From: Vitrella brassicaformis CCMP3155
Lineage: Eukaryota > Protista > Chromerida
Direction: 5' to 3'
Length of the DNA stretch: 27,809 nucleotides
Assembly: GCA_001179505.1 (NCBI GenBank)
Contig: CDMY01000716.1
Location: 1 to 27,809, forward strand
Shown one piece after another: positions 1 to 12,500 of the stretch. A program made the translations under genes and the position numbers. How positions within the stretch are numbered: position 1 is the stretch's first letter; each line of letters opens with the position of its first letter. Under the pieces are notes generated by a model, which saw only the letters and a program-made list of their open reading frames with translations, did no database searches and was not told the DNA's origin.

Positions 1-1732
1 CTGGATTGCGCTCAACAGCTCTTCCTTGCCCACCGCCCCCGAGTGTGTCCGGCGGCTTGCGAAGTAGTCGGCCATCTCGCGTCGTCGCTCGGCCACGGCC
101 GACAGGTGACTTATCAGCGCAGTGGTGACAGACGAACGGGGCGTCAACACTGCAATCATCCCATGCATCGCACAGAGGGCCAGAGAGACGTATCTGTGTT
201 TACGTCGATATATCTGCGCGTCGTGTTACTTACTTGGCGCGACGCCGGCAGTTTGGCACGCCTCGCTGACCGACACCTCGATGAACGCTGCGCACACCGG
301 AGCCATCCATCGGCGTCCGGTCCGTGTCTCTACGGAATGCGATGCGTGTGCGTACCTTTTGGGTTTGTGTGTCCGGCGAGGATGTCGAGCTTGAGTTTGT
401 CTCTCAGCGGGTTGGTCTTGTCCCACAGCAGCTTGAAGAAAGCAACCACTGCCTTGCCTGCAATGCCATGCATGGACACACACACACAGACAGAGATGTG
501 CGGACGAGGAAGGACCAGCCTGGACAAGGAGGACCGGGCAGCTCAGGGTCCTTCTCCAGATGAAACCTGCAGGCACACACGCAGTCTCCCATGGATGGAC
601 TGACTGGTCGATTGTGGCGTGAGGGTGTGCTGTGGTGTGCTGTTTGCCATTTGGGGTGCTGTGTCATAAGCCGAAAGTGGACGTCTCCCATGTTGAGCGG
701 ATCAGCCAACACGCCCTGAACACACACACACACACACACACGACACACAGACAAGAAGAAGACTGTGTCTCCCTCCCTCTGCCCTGCTGTGTGTATCTGT
801 TTACTGTGAGCTCCTCTCGGATGTTGTCTGAGGGCTCTGTGATGTCGACGCTCTCACTGACAAGCACCCGCTTGATATGCTCCACGGCAGCGTCGTCGGT
901 GGAGTGGTAGAAGAGGCGCGTGGGCTCTCGGTCGGCCACGTGGGCGATGTAGTCTCTGAGATACTCATCGACTTCGGCCTGCGAGAGACTCGACTTGTCG
1001 GTCTGCTTCAGCAGATGGTTGTTGGCGGCCAGCACAAACTCCCCCAAGTCGCCTCCTGCCTCATCGATGTGCGCATGCATGGCATCCATGGATGACAGAG
1101 GGTGCGTGAGTGTGTCTGGTGCCTCACTAGGCGTGAAGATGGAAGGTTCGGTAACGCGGTCGTCGAGACTTGAGAAGTGATGCGACTCGACGTGTGTGAA
1201 GGTGGCGTCGAGTGGCTGTCCTGCACTCGTGTGAATGAAGACAGAAAGACATACAAACCACCAAACATGTATGTGCTTCTGTGTCTCGCTGGCTAACCGT
1301 ATTGCTTTGAGACGTCTGCGATGGTGAGTCCTGTCTTGGCAGACCCTGTCCTGTCTTGTCGGAGGTTCACCTTGGATGGATTGCAAGTCGGGGCAAGCTT
1401 CTCGAAGCCGGTCAGCCCATCTCCGCACACACATGACGCCCTGCACACACAATTCATCACACAACAACATGACACACACACCTGTGTCTCTCTCTCGTGC
1501 GTGTGTGTGTCTCTGACCTGTATTTGTGTGAGTTGAGGTCCAACACGCCAGAAATCTCGTTCGTCGTGTTCTGGTGCACCTCCAGCAATGAAGAGAAGCC
1601 TGTCGTGGTTGTCGCGTCAGGCTGCAGGCCGCCGCTCCTCGCCTGTCTGCCGCCAATGAGACGGCTGATTGACGCATCGCACCCGAGCAGCACAGTGAGG
1701 GCACAGCCGAGCAGCCAGACGCTTGGGTGCAT
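1..1732 (-). CDS. Multi-exon hypothetical protein with N-terminal signal peptide (3' end outside the window)
   Basis: Hand-built exons (minus): 1732-1518, 1440-1298, 1220-805, 715-648, 566-535, 457-356, 287-234, 149-<1. The phases give one open frame: MHPSVWLLGCALTVLLGCDASISRL...HKYRASCVCGDGLTGFEK...SKQYGQPLDATF...EELTGVLADPLNMGDVHFRLMTQHPKWFHLEKDPELPGKAVVAFFKLLWDK...AVGKEELLSAIQ. The hydrophobic N-terminus resembles a signal peptide. The junctions at 647 (needs a GC donor) and 534 are the least certain. No family recognised. Confidence 0.75.
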
Positions 1733-1896
1733 TGCTTCTGATCGGTGACTGTGTGTGTGTTTGGTGTCTGTCGGTTGAGTGTCACTCAGTCAATCAGTGG
1801 GTGTAGTGTACGTCATTCGATTCGATGTGATTGCTTTCTTGTTGTGCTTTCTTGTTGTGTACACACACTCGTACGCAAATGCCTTCGTTGTGTCCG

Positions 1897-1996
1897 ACAT
1901 ACACACACACACACACACACACATGCATTCATGCATTGCATTCATCCCATCCGCACAATCGATCATGCAATCAATCAATCAATCGATCAATCAATC
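1897..1996. repeat. Microsatellite cluster (CA)n and (ATCA)n
   Basis: acacacacacacacacacacacacac followed by atcaatcaatcaatcgatcaatcaatc, upstream of the 1732 start codon. Confidence 0.85.
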
Positions 1997-3624
1997 GTGA
2001 GTGATGCGCGGCCTGCCTGTCTCTGATTCACCACATTCATCGATTCACGTTCGCTGCTAAGATCCTGCACTGCCCTCTGTCCCAAGGCGCAACGTGAACG
2101 GGCTTGCTCTGCACCTTGACTTGATGCAAAGCGAGGCCATCCAGACGGCGAAGGCAAACACAGAGAAAAGCATCTTCAGCTCATCCAGTGCCTCAATCAA
2201 TCATTGTTCCACGTGCAATCATTCAATCCCCGGTCCCTCCCCTCACGCAGGCATATGATGCAATCAGGCAGCCACCCGCTCCCCCCCACCCCCCCTGTAA
2301 TCGTGTGTCATAGATCTACGCGACTGCACACAAAGCGCACAGAGCATTAATAGGTAGTTGGTAGGAGTCTCGAGGTAGGCAACGAGGAAGGTAGCCAGGT
2401 ATGTATTGCCTGCTCGCTGGCTCGAGCAAGGCATGTGAATATGGATAGAGGTATGTCTGTATGGGGGCAGGTAGGGAGGGGGAGGGGGGAGGTGGGGAGG
2501 GAGGGGTACTTGACTCACACACATACACACGCCCCTCATAGTCACACACACATCCACTCAAGCATGCACACACGCATCAGCTGGTCATGCAAAAATCTGT
2601 TGTTGTTCTCACCCACCCGGCCACGCATTCCATGCCGCCCGAGGCCGGCCCGGCCGTCAAAAAGGGAAATATATGGGGCATGTATGTATGTGTGTCGGAG
2701 AAGGGGTACATACAGTACAGAAGCAGAGGCCAAACAGCCGTAGAACCTAGAAGGGCAATGTCTGTCAGCCAGTGAGAGTAGAGAGTGAGAGAAGGAGCAT
2801 GTGCACGAAACAAGGACCAGCCAACTGGCGAAAAAATACAAAAAGAGAGCCGAGCGTATGGAATGGATGGAGGGTGAGCAAGTCCTCGCACATCTGCGAT
2901 CGATTCAGGTCAAGTCGTTTTGATGGACAGATGCATGCACGTATGCGTCAAAATTAGGCCGTCCGTCTGTCCTTCGTGAGCCGACCAGACAGAGAGTGTC
3001 TTTCCTCCCCATCGCCCGCGACTTCGCCCCCTTGTCTGCCCCTCCAGTGTAAAATCCCTCGTTTTCGTATACACACGTATAGAGCGATAACAAAGCGAGG
3101 GCACGGTGTAGAAGCAGAAGAAAGCAGACGGTGGGAGAGATGCAGTCGGCCAGACCGAGTGAGTGAGTGAGTGAGTGAGATGAGAAAGCGTGTATGTGTT
3201 TGTGTGCATCACTATATTTACATACACAGCCGCCCAGCCCAGCCCCAGCCACCCACTCACCCGGAGTTGAGTCAGTAGTCAAGTGGTGAAGTGAAAACCC
3301 TCCCTACATACCCAAACATACCCCGCCAGACCCCACCCCCTCCCCTCATCCTCCCACCATCAACCATTTGAAAACGGCAATCGGCATGTGACATAGCGCA
3401 ATTAATGTGTGTCGCGGTTCCTCGTTTCTTCCTTCCTGATTAGTCTCAATTCGCGAGTGGTGTCTCGCCGTGTGGGGTCGACAGGCAAGTAAGCATTAGG
3501 GTGACTGACTGAGGGCGCAACACGACGACACACATTTATGCACATGTGTACTCAGGTATGTACGCATTCAATGAGGGAAAAAGGCAGAGAAAGTCTCACT
3601 CACTTCGTTCTTCCAGAAATGTAT

Positions 3625-3700
3625 AGGTAGAGAGGTAGGTAGAGAGGTAGGTAGAGAGGTAGGTAGGTAGCTACACGGATGGATGGATGGATGGATGGAT
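3625..3700. repeat. Compound tandem repeat: 12-bp AGGTAGAGAGGT x3, (AGGT)n, then (GGAT)n
   Basis: Read directly: aggtagagaggt aggtagagaggt aggtagagaggt aggtaggtag ... ggatggatggatggatggatggat. Confidence 0.85.
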
Positions 3701-6700
3701 GGAGCGGGCAGGGCAGCACGTCAGCCGGCCGCACATATGGATGGCATGAATGAATGATACAGAGCAACAATATGGACGATATGGACGATACGAGATGAAT
3801 GAATGAGTATATACACACTATGCATACATACGCACACTCACGTACACAGGTAGGTCCATCGAGGACACACACACAGAGTCACACACACGAGGAATCGACA
3901 GGCAGCTCACGAGTAACCCACACACACATGCAGAAGCACCAGTCGCATCGCGGCAGCAGAAGGAGCGGCAGCAGGTTGGTCGTTGTCACGGGTGAATTAC
4001 CACCAGCAGAGAGGACACAAGCAAGTGACAAAGACAGTACGCAGAGCACCACAGTACCAGCAGCTGGTCTCATCTCATCGAGTTGATCAGGTTAGTCAGT
4101 CGGTTAGTTAAAGTCTGTGCATTGCCGCCGCCCCCGTCGCCCCCGCCCGCCCTTTCACACATGAGCGATTCCATTCATTCATATATCCACGTATCCACGG
4201 TCATCAACACACCCCGGGGCGTCCGCCCCCGCCCCTCCCAATCATCCCTTGCACACGCATCGTTCCACCTCTGTCTGCACGAATGGACCGGACCCCTCAC
4301 ACACGAACACAGACACACAACACAGACAACACACGAGAGACACACACACGTGGATCGATCACGGACGCATGGACGCCTCCTCCTGTCCTCTCGGAGAGCT
4401 GTGTATGTGTGTGGGTGCGGGTGTGGGGTCTTGCCTTGCCTTGCTGTTGCATCACTACAAAAAGCATTCGCCGCTCATCAACACTCAATGCCACGACCGA
4501 CATACAATGGGGTACGTACGCATGGTGGGTGGGCCGCACCGCATTCACTCCGAGCGCACACACACAAGGACGCGTATGAAAAGCATCAGCCCGCCCGAGA
4601 ATAAGCGAGCGACGCACGCGTCCATACGTAGATTGACACGTGGATGGATGTGTGTGTATGGGATGGTATGGGATGGGATGGGGAATGGGTGCGACTGACC
4701 GACCGACCGACCAATAATGCAATGATGACCTATCAGGGTACCTACATCTACACGAATGAATGGATCACCCTCCCCCCTCCCTCCCTCCCGCAATTGCTGC
4801 TCGTGTTCCCTCGGCCATTTAAAAGCGGATGGGAAGATGCACACAGCTCACACACCCAGACACACACGCACACACACACGCACACACACAGAGGGAGGCA
4901 CACAGCCAGGCGGGTGGGAATGCAGACGCACTAATGTTGTCAGAGAAACAAATGAGTAGAGTAAGTAAGTAGCTGAGGTAGGAAGTGGCCACACCACCCT
5001 CACATTCACACTCACACGGACGCCGCAGCCCCCCTGCAGCCAATCTCTCGGCAGACAGGCACGCACAGATGGTAGGGTACAAAAATGGCATCAACAATGC
5101 GTGCTAGGAGAGGGGGGAAATTCACATAATCGGTCCATCCGTCCATTCATCAACACATCTCACCATGAGACGGAGAGAAAAAGGGGAGAGAAGCCAGTCG
5201 GTACGGCTCCCACCCCCGTGTGTGCGTGTGTGAGTGTGTGTGGCTCACTGGCGGACGTAGCGTGCTCCGACTGCACAAACACATTCACAAGACAAGACGG
5301 AGCGGGATGGATGCAGTCCCTCGCCCACACACGCACGTCCACCCGTCAATCACGGCCGAGAAAAAGAATCGTCGGTAGCAGCACATCACAGGACAGGACA
5401 GCACCACTGGGCCCAGCAGGCCGGCCGTCACGAGCTGCTGCCGGCCAGGGACCACGGGCACACACAGACATACAGACATACAGACTGGTAGAGATAGGTA
5501 CATGTTATTTGATACGTACGTAATGTAGAATCGGCGGCAAAATTCTCCTCCTTTGGTGTCGGTCGTTAGCTAGTCGGTCTGCTGGCTGAAAGAGAGAGCC
5601 CGGAAGGCAGACACACACAGGTAACACAGACGCATGCACACAAACCAGGTCGCGCAGAAAGAGAAACCACGAAACAACCTTCCGACCTTCGCTCCGCCCC
5701 TCCCCGCACCTCTGTTCCCTCTTCCTACCTGTTTGCCTGGTCGTTTGCTGTGCTTACAAACGACATAAAACGACAAAATGCACCCCCTCACTTTCACACG
5801 CGTACGTACATCATACAGCACGAGCAAGGAATGAAAACAAGGACGAGGAAGGACTGAACCCGCCCATCCCCCGCATCGCTCTCTTCCTCTCCCTCCCCCT
5901 CTCCCTCTGTGTACACACATCACATCACACCACACCACATCGCCCACCCACGCACCAATGCAGGAAAAACTACCCGTCTCCCAGTCTTCCCCCCTTACCC
6001 CTGCCAGCCAACCTGCCAGCCATTTACTGCCATCAAGCACATCTCCACATTCAGCACACATCGATGCACACCCACACAGACAGCACGACACCCACAGACA
6101 AATGTCAGCCAGGAAGGCAGAGAGAGAGACAGCCAGAAAGTCAGTGAGAAAGCCAGCCGGCCAGCATCACACCCACATTGCACGACACAGCAAACCAGCA
6201 ATCAGCAAGCAGGAGACACTGGTTCCTCGGTCATTCGGTCATTCTTTCAGCCAGACAGACAGACAGACAGCCGGCCGCCGTTGAAAACACACCTTTTCAA
6301 CTCCACACGAACCCGCAACTCGACGCCACGCCACTTCTTCTTTCCACAGCCACACAGCCAGCCAGCCCCTGACTACAATACCAGGTACCAGGGGGGAGCA
6401 GCCAGATATGGCAGACAGGCAGGGATGGGGGAGAGAGAGGGGGAGAGAGGGAGAGAGAGGGAGAGGGCCGAACGAACCAACGAACGATCCAGATGGGCAG
6501 CATGAATGAGCACGTAGACAGGTAGACAGGTGGACTGAGAAATGGCCATGTCAAGTCTGAAGGAAGACTCCCTTGATACATACATACATACATCCAAGCT
6601 CCCTTGTACGTGTGTGTACGCATGTATATATACGTGTGTACGTATCTACGTATGTATGCATGTGTATGTATACTGTGACTTACGTATGTGTGAATGAACG

Positions 6701-8908
6701 AATGAATGAATGATGGCGGCATAGCGTGGTGCGATCAACCGGTGGGCCGACGGACAGACAGACAGACAGACAGGCGACAGAAACCGACACAAGCCACACA
6801 AGCCAAGCAAGACCCCCATTCTCCCCCACCCACCGTCACCATTCACAAAACAAACCCTTTCTCGAGTCTTCGTATGCACCTTGATCTTGTAAGCAGGCAA
6901 CAGCGTGTGTATGTGTGTGTGTATGCAGCACAGCACAGCACAGCACAGCACTCGAGCAATCCATTCGGATCGTTCGTTCATTCATTCGTCCATTTCTCCC
7001 CGCCGGATGAACGCAGGCGGGAGGGAGGGAGGCAGGGAGAGAGCACCAAACGCAGACCAGTGCACACCAGACGGAGACGAACACAGACAGACGGAGACAC
7101 ATGACGCCCAGATCACACAGACAGACAGACAGAGGCAGGCAAGCAGGCAGGCAGTGAGGCAAGAAAGTTGCAACTTCACACGCACGCACCACAAGACAGC
7201 CGGCCGTCCAGCGCGTGTTGTCCGTCAGTCATTTTGGTCCCTCATATGAGACCAACCCCATTGGCTCGCTCACTCACTCACTCGCCCGCCCCTTCCATTC
7301 CCTCCTCTCCCCTCTCCCCTCCTAAACTCTTCGCACAACTAGCAGGCCAGGCAGGCAGGCAGGCCAGCCGCGTGCAAGAAGCTCTCCCGCGGCCTCTCTG
7401 TGCATGTCTGTGTGGGTGTGCTGTGTGCTGAAAAAGCAGAGAAAATGCATTGAATGCAATGCATTATTGTCATCACGAAAGATGGGTGGGTTGGTGTGTG
7501 CATGCGATGGATCGATGGAGTGGTTGGTGGGTCCACGAGTGTATGGCTGGCTGGCCGGCCTGGCTGCAGGGCGGGCATTAGTAACACTCCCGGTCTCCCA
7601 CACCCACGACATCCATCCACCGTCTGTGCGTGGGAGAGGTAGGGAGGGAGGGGAGACGGCATGCATGCAAGACGGTGGACGGTCAAAAAGCAGTACACAT
7701 CAAGGAAGAAAGGCGAGAGGAAAACACACCCACGTCGACACCCACATCGACACCCACATCCACACAGACACCACGGACGCATCAGCATGTACGGAGTCAG
7801 GATAGCCAGACGAGAGGGAAGAGAGAGAGAAGAGTGGATGGCTCGGCGCCTCTTGCCTCCATCCATGAGTGTCTCTCGCGTCTCTGTCCATCCCGTCATT
7901 TTCGTCACTACAAGACAGGCAGGGAGGGAGGGATGTTGAGAAGGCAGGAGTAGAAAAAAGGACGATTGATCGACCATTCTGCCCTCCCCCTCCCCGTTGA
8001 CGCATAAATGTACCCACAGCACCACCAGCAGCACATCCCACGAGCAGCAGCAGCACACGCAGGCCCCTCCCTCCCTCCTCTCTGTAACAATAGCATCAAC
8101 ACCAAACGTCAATCCTCAACAAGTCAATTCTGCCTGTACCATTCATCCATCCATTCATCCCTGACAAAAGCCAGCCACTCTTGAGGAGCGAGAACCGAGC
8201 GCATGCGTGTGTGTATATGGGCGGGCGGGCAGGCAGGCAGGCAGACAGCACGAGAGTAGCAGCAACAGCATGAAGGCAAGACCATCCTACGTTTGGTACG
8301 TCTCTGTGTACGTCGGTCAGCCAGCAACCCACCCACCCACACCCACACCCTCCCACAAAGCTGTAAAACATCATCACACCCATCCCCCATCAGCAGACAG
8401 CAGATATGGCCATAGACACATACGGACATTGATCGGACAGGAATACAGGCAATACACATGACACACATGGACCGACAGCAGATAGGAGGGTTGACACGCC
8501 ACGGCAGCCGGTAACGCGTTCGTGTGTGTGCGTGTGTGTGTGTGTGTGTCTCGAGGGGCGTGGATGGCAGCCGGCGAACACACACACATAGGTAGGTAGG
8601 TAGGTAGACAGAAAGCATACGTAGATCACTTCGTGTGGAGTGGTTGCGTTGGAGTTGGCACCTATGGATGTATCACACGCAGTGGACAATCGCCAGCCAG
8701 CCAGCAAGCCAGCCAGCCGGCCGGCCGGCCGCCACATAGCACACACGCCACACACGGATCGACATGAAAAGATGAATGCATGGCAAGATAGCGGGATGGA
8801 TATAGATAGCCAGGCAAAGGGCACACACGTCCATCCAAACAAACATACACACACAGACAACCATTATTAGCCGCAACAGACAGGCAATATCCGTCTGTCT
8901 GTACTCTC

Positions 8909-9208
8909 NNNNNNNNNNNNNNNNNNNNNNNNNNNNNNNNNNNNNNNNNNNNNNNNNNNNNNNNNNNNNNNNNNNNNNNNNNNNNNNNNNNNNNNNNNNN
9001 NNNNNNNNNNNNNNNNNNNNNNNNNNNNNNNNNNNNNNNNNNNNNNNNNNNNNNNNNNNNNNNNNNNNNNNNNNNNNNNNNNNNNNNNNNNNNNNNNNNN
9101 NNNNNNNNNNNNNNNNNNNNNNNNNNNNNNNNNNNNNNNNNNNNNNNNNNNNNNNNNNNNNNNNNNNNNNNNNNNNNNNNNNNNNNNNNNNNNNNNNNNN
9201 NNNNNNNN
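8909..9208. other. Assembly gap (300 N)
   Basis: Run of exactly 300 N. The round number suggests a placeholder or estimated scaffold gap. ORFs crossing it are artefacts. Confidence 0.99.
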
Positions 9209-9575
9209 CCCCCTCACCTCTGTCCAATCCAGTCATCAATCCTTCCTCCCACTGCACACCACAACACAACACACGAATAGTGAGAGAGCGAGAAATCGAA
9301 AAACAGTCGGGGCGACCACCCCACCGCACCCCACCTCACCCCGCCCCCCTCACCTCTCCCCACACCACACACATGACAGCAGTAAGACACACATACATGA
9401 ACTTACGTGTGTGTATCTTCGTATGCAGGCAGGCAAGCAGGCAGCCAGCACAACTCCCCTTTCAAAGCCAGCACACACGCACACACGCGCACACAAGGAC
9501 CGACCTTCATATCCGTCACCCAGCCCACTCTCACTCAGGTCATTCAGTCATTCAGTCAGTGAGTCATTCAGTCAG

Positions 9576-12500
9576 TCAGTCGTGTGTGTGGTGCGTGTGG
9601 TGGTTGTCCTTGAAGGCCTTGTTCATCTGCACCCACAGGCGCCCTTCTGGCGCACATCGGATGCGGCCCGGACACTCATGGCTGCCAACCAACGACACCG
9701 TGGCAACGCCAGAACCACCACACAGCCGACTAAGCGATGAAAACAGCACAGCAGACACAGCCAACGAAGAAGAAGTATCCAGGCGGGCCTTCGTGTAAGG
9801 TGTTTAAATGGGTCTATTGTGTGCACCTGTCGTCGACGATCCATTCGTCCGTTCGCGAGAGGTGGTGTGTGTGGAATGCGTATCGGATGAGTGCGATGAT
9901 CTGCTCAAACCTCAGACGCCCATAGCGATCATCACCCGTCGCGCGACAGTCCTCTATCAACAACCTGAGACACCAAAGGCGCACAAACCATAGGTTCCCA
10001 CACCCCTCTGTATGTGTGTGGTTGGTTCTCCTTACCGCCAGATGATATTCTCGTATGAGCGGTTGTATCCAAATGTGTCGTTTGTCTCGCCCAGACCGAC
10101 GGCAGCACGCAGCGACGCGTCGCTCCCATACACGATGTCACCTGACCAACACACACACACACACACACACATACGAAAGGGTGTCTGTCGATGGCCGTTG
10201 ATGGATGGCTCTTGAACTCACCGGCTAGTTTGGAGGGTGGCAGTGCGGGGTCCTTGTGCGTGTGTGGTATGTGCCGGTAGATGACCTCGTGGACGATCTT
10301 GCCGAACGCATACTGGTCGCACAGGGCGTCGCACGTCCCTGTCGACATGGCCGGGTCCTCCTGCACACACAACACAAACAGAGAGAGAGAGATGAGTGGA
10401 CGATGGAACCGGGGCGCTCGCTGGCTGCTGCATACCCATGCGGGCGTTGATCTGACGGGCGTCATGCTGGTTGTGGGCAGGAGGGGGATCGAATCGGCCA
10501 AACCGAAGTCAACAACCTGAACAATCACGCGCCACACCACACCACACCACAGCACAGCACAGCACACATGACGTATCCACGCACTCCGCATCGTCTGGTG
10601 CCGAGTCGTACCACAGGAGTAGCCGGCTCCTTGGCCCCCTTGCTGCCGAACTGGTGCATGAGCAGCACGTTGCACGACTTGAGGTCCCTGTGCGCGACCC
10701 TCCTGCCGTGCAGGAAGGCGCATGCGTTGGCCACGCCGTGGACGAGCGAGTAGGTGACCGCTGGCGACCGGGGGTGGGCGGCTGCAGGGGAGGCGTCGGG
10801 CACTGGGGCGCGGGGGTTGTGCAGGAAGTCAAACAGACTCCCGCCCTCACACCACTCCAGCACCACTCCTGCACAGCGACACAGCGAATACCCACCGTGT
10901 ATTGTGTTGTGTGCACTCCTTCCTATCTATCTGGCTGGGCTGATTGTGCGTACCGATATATGTGTTGTCCCGTTCGAAGGGCGCGGCGCTCGGAGCCGCC
11001 GTGACGCCCAGCAGCCGGACGACGTTGGCGCACCCCCTGCCCCTCTCGGTGTGTGTGAGGTGGTGCAGGAAGCGCACCTCCCGCCGGAGGGCGGCCAGCA
11101 GGGTGTCTTCCTCCTCCATCATGTGCAGCACGTTGTAGCACTTGACCGCCACACGGCTGCCATGGGGGCTCTGGCCGTGCTGCTCCACGCAGAAGACGAC
11201 GCCCTGCCCGCCCGCCTCCCGCCGGTGGTCCTGCGATATGGGCAGCTCGCTCGCCGGGATGATGGGGATGTGCGGGCCGAACAGACGACGGATGGCCTCG
11301 GAGGGGGACAACTGCATGTCACACACACAGAGGCAGACAGGAGCGTACACACACAGCCCTGCCGGACAGGTGTGTGTGGGGGACACCCGACGAGGCGCAC
11401 CTGGTACTGCCTGAGTCTGTAGAGGATGCCGTAGTCAGCCTCCGATATGCCTCCGGGTTTGCTCATCTGTTTGCGTTCGAACATCTCCTTGACGATGTCG
11501 GCGGGCCGTGGGCGGCAGACGGGCGACTGGCAGCCGTGCACTGAGGGGTTGAGCGCTATCAGGTGGGGAGACGTCGCGTCGGCGTAGGCGGGGTAGAGGT
11601 GCAGGGGGTGACACTTAGAAGACGAAAACACCGGACTCGTCACATCATCCTACACACACACACAAGGATGAAATCAGGACAGCCTAGCCTGCATTTCCGT
11701 CATTGTAGGCCTCGCAGAGAGTTGCGCGTACCTGGTCGTGCATCTCCCTAATGAGCGGCAGCGAGGGCACACTCGCTCCCCTCACGCCGACACCCACTTC
11801 CATGTCGATGCCCGCCATACCCACGCCCATACCCATGCCCATGCCCATGCCCAGCTCCAATCCGCCACCATACAAGCCAGTGTTGTCCATGACGGATGGC
11901 GGCAGGCCGGGCGGCGACATGATCGACACGGACACTGCATCACCACTTGCCGGGTATTGCGAAAAAGACGACGGGAAGGGCTCGCTCGACTCACGCAGGG
12001 GCATGCAGGGCTGGGAGGGGATGGCGGCAGGGGGCGGGCAGGCGAATGGCAGCATGTGGGGTGGGGACGGGTTGGGGGGATACCCGCCGCCGGTCGATGT
12101 CGAGCAGTCCGAATCGGCGCGAGTCGAACGCAACAAATCCCACTCTGATCAACAACAACACACACAACACACGAACCAGGAGATGCAGGATTTGGTTGTG
12201 CTGATGCGTTGCGCACAAGCGTACCTCCACTTGCCCGACTGTCGGCCCTCCTCGGCTGCAACATGCCGCCACATCCCCCTTCACACGCAGGCAAGTAGAC
12301 GCCACCAACACCAGCACCAGCAGTCGCCACACCGCCCTGCTGCAGCTGCTGCCCAGGGTCCCTCACGGCATTGTCCTTCCTCCCTCCTGCGCGTGAGTTG
12401 GTGTAGAGCAGCACAGTAGGCGAGATGGGTGCCACGGGCGAGGGCAGGCAGCCTCCTGAGCCGTTGTGTGCGGCCTTGCGCATGAGGACGGCTGGCGGGG

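Noticed and set aside
330-355. Possible 26-nt mini-intron in the first gene
   Set aside because: An in-frame acceptor at 288 (gtgtgcgcag) gives a 68-nt intron that fits the local size range and the TG-type acceptor better.
2057-3282. Minus-strand fragments suggesting a membrane or DHHC-like protein (DRHCPSRF, RVGENNNRF, ELKMLFSVFAFAVWMASLCI)
   Set aside because: The spacing does not match DHHC-CRD, no Cys-rich domain is present, equally plausible alternative frames exist on both strands, and no phase-consistent exon chain could be built.
3879-4073. Short ORF with a signal-peptide-like start (MRPAAGTVVLCVLSLSLACVLSAGG)
   Set aside because: It runs into TG repeats and I found no compatible downstream exon. 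Hydrophobic V/C/L runs arise easily from TG-rich DNA.
6280-6301. Small inverted repeat GTTGAAAA-cacacc-TTTTCAAC, and the palindrome AAGTTGCAACTT at 7165-7176
   Set aside because: Stems of 6-8 bp are expected by chance in 28 kb, and there is no array, terminator context or repeat copy.
8673-9329. Long ORFs spanning 8.7-9.3 kb in the ORF track
   Set aside because: Artefacts of translating through the N gap.
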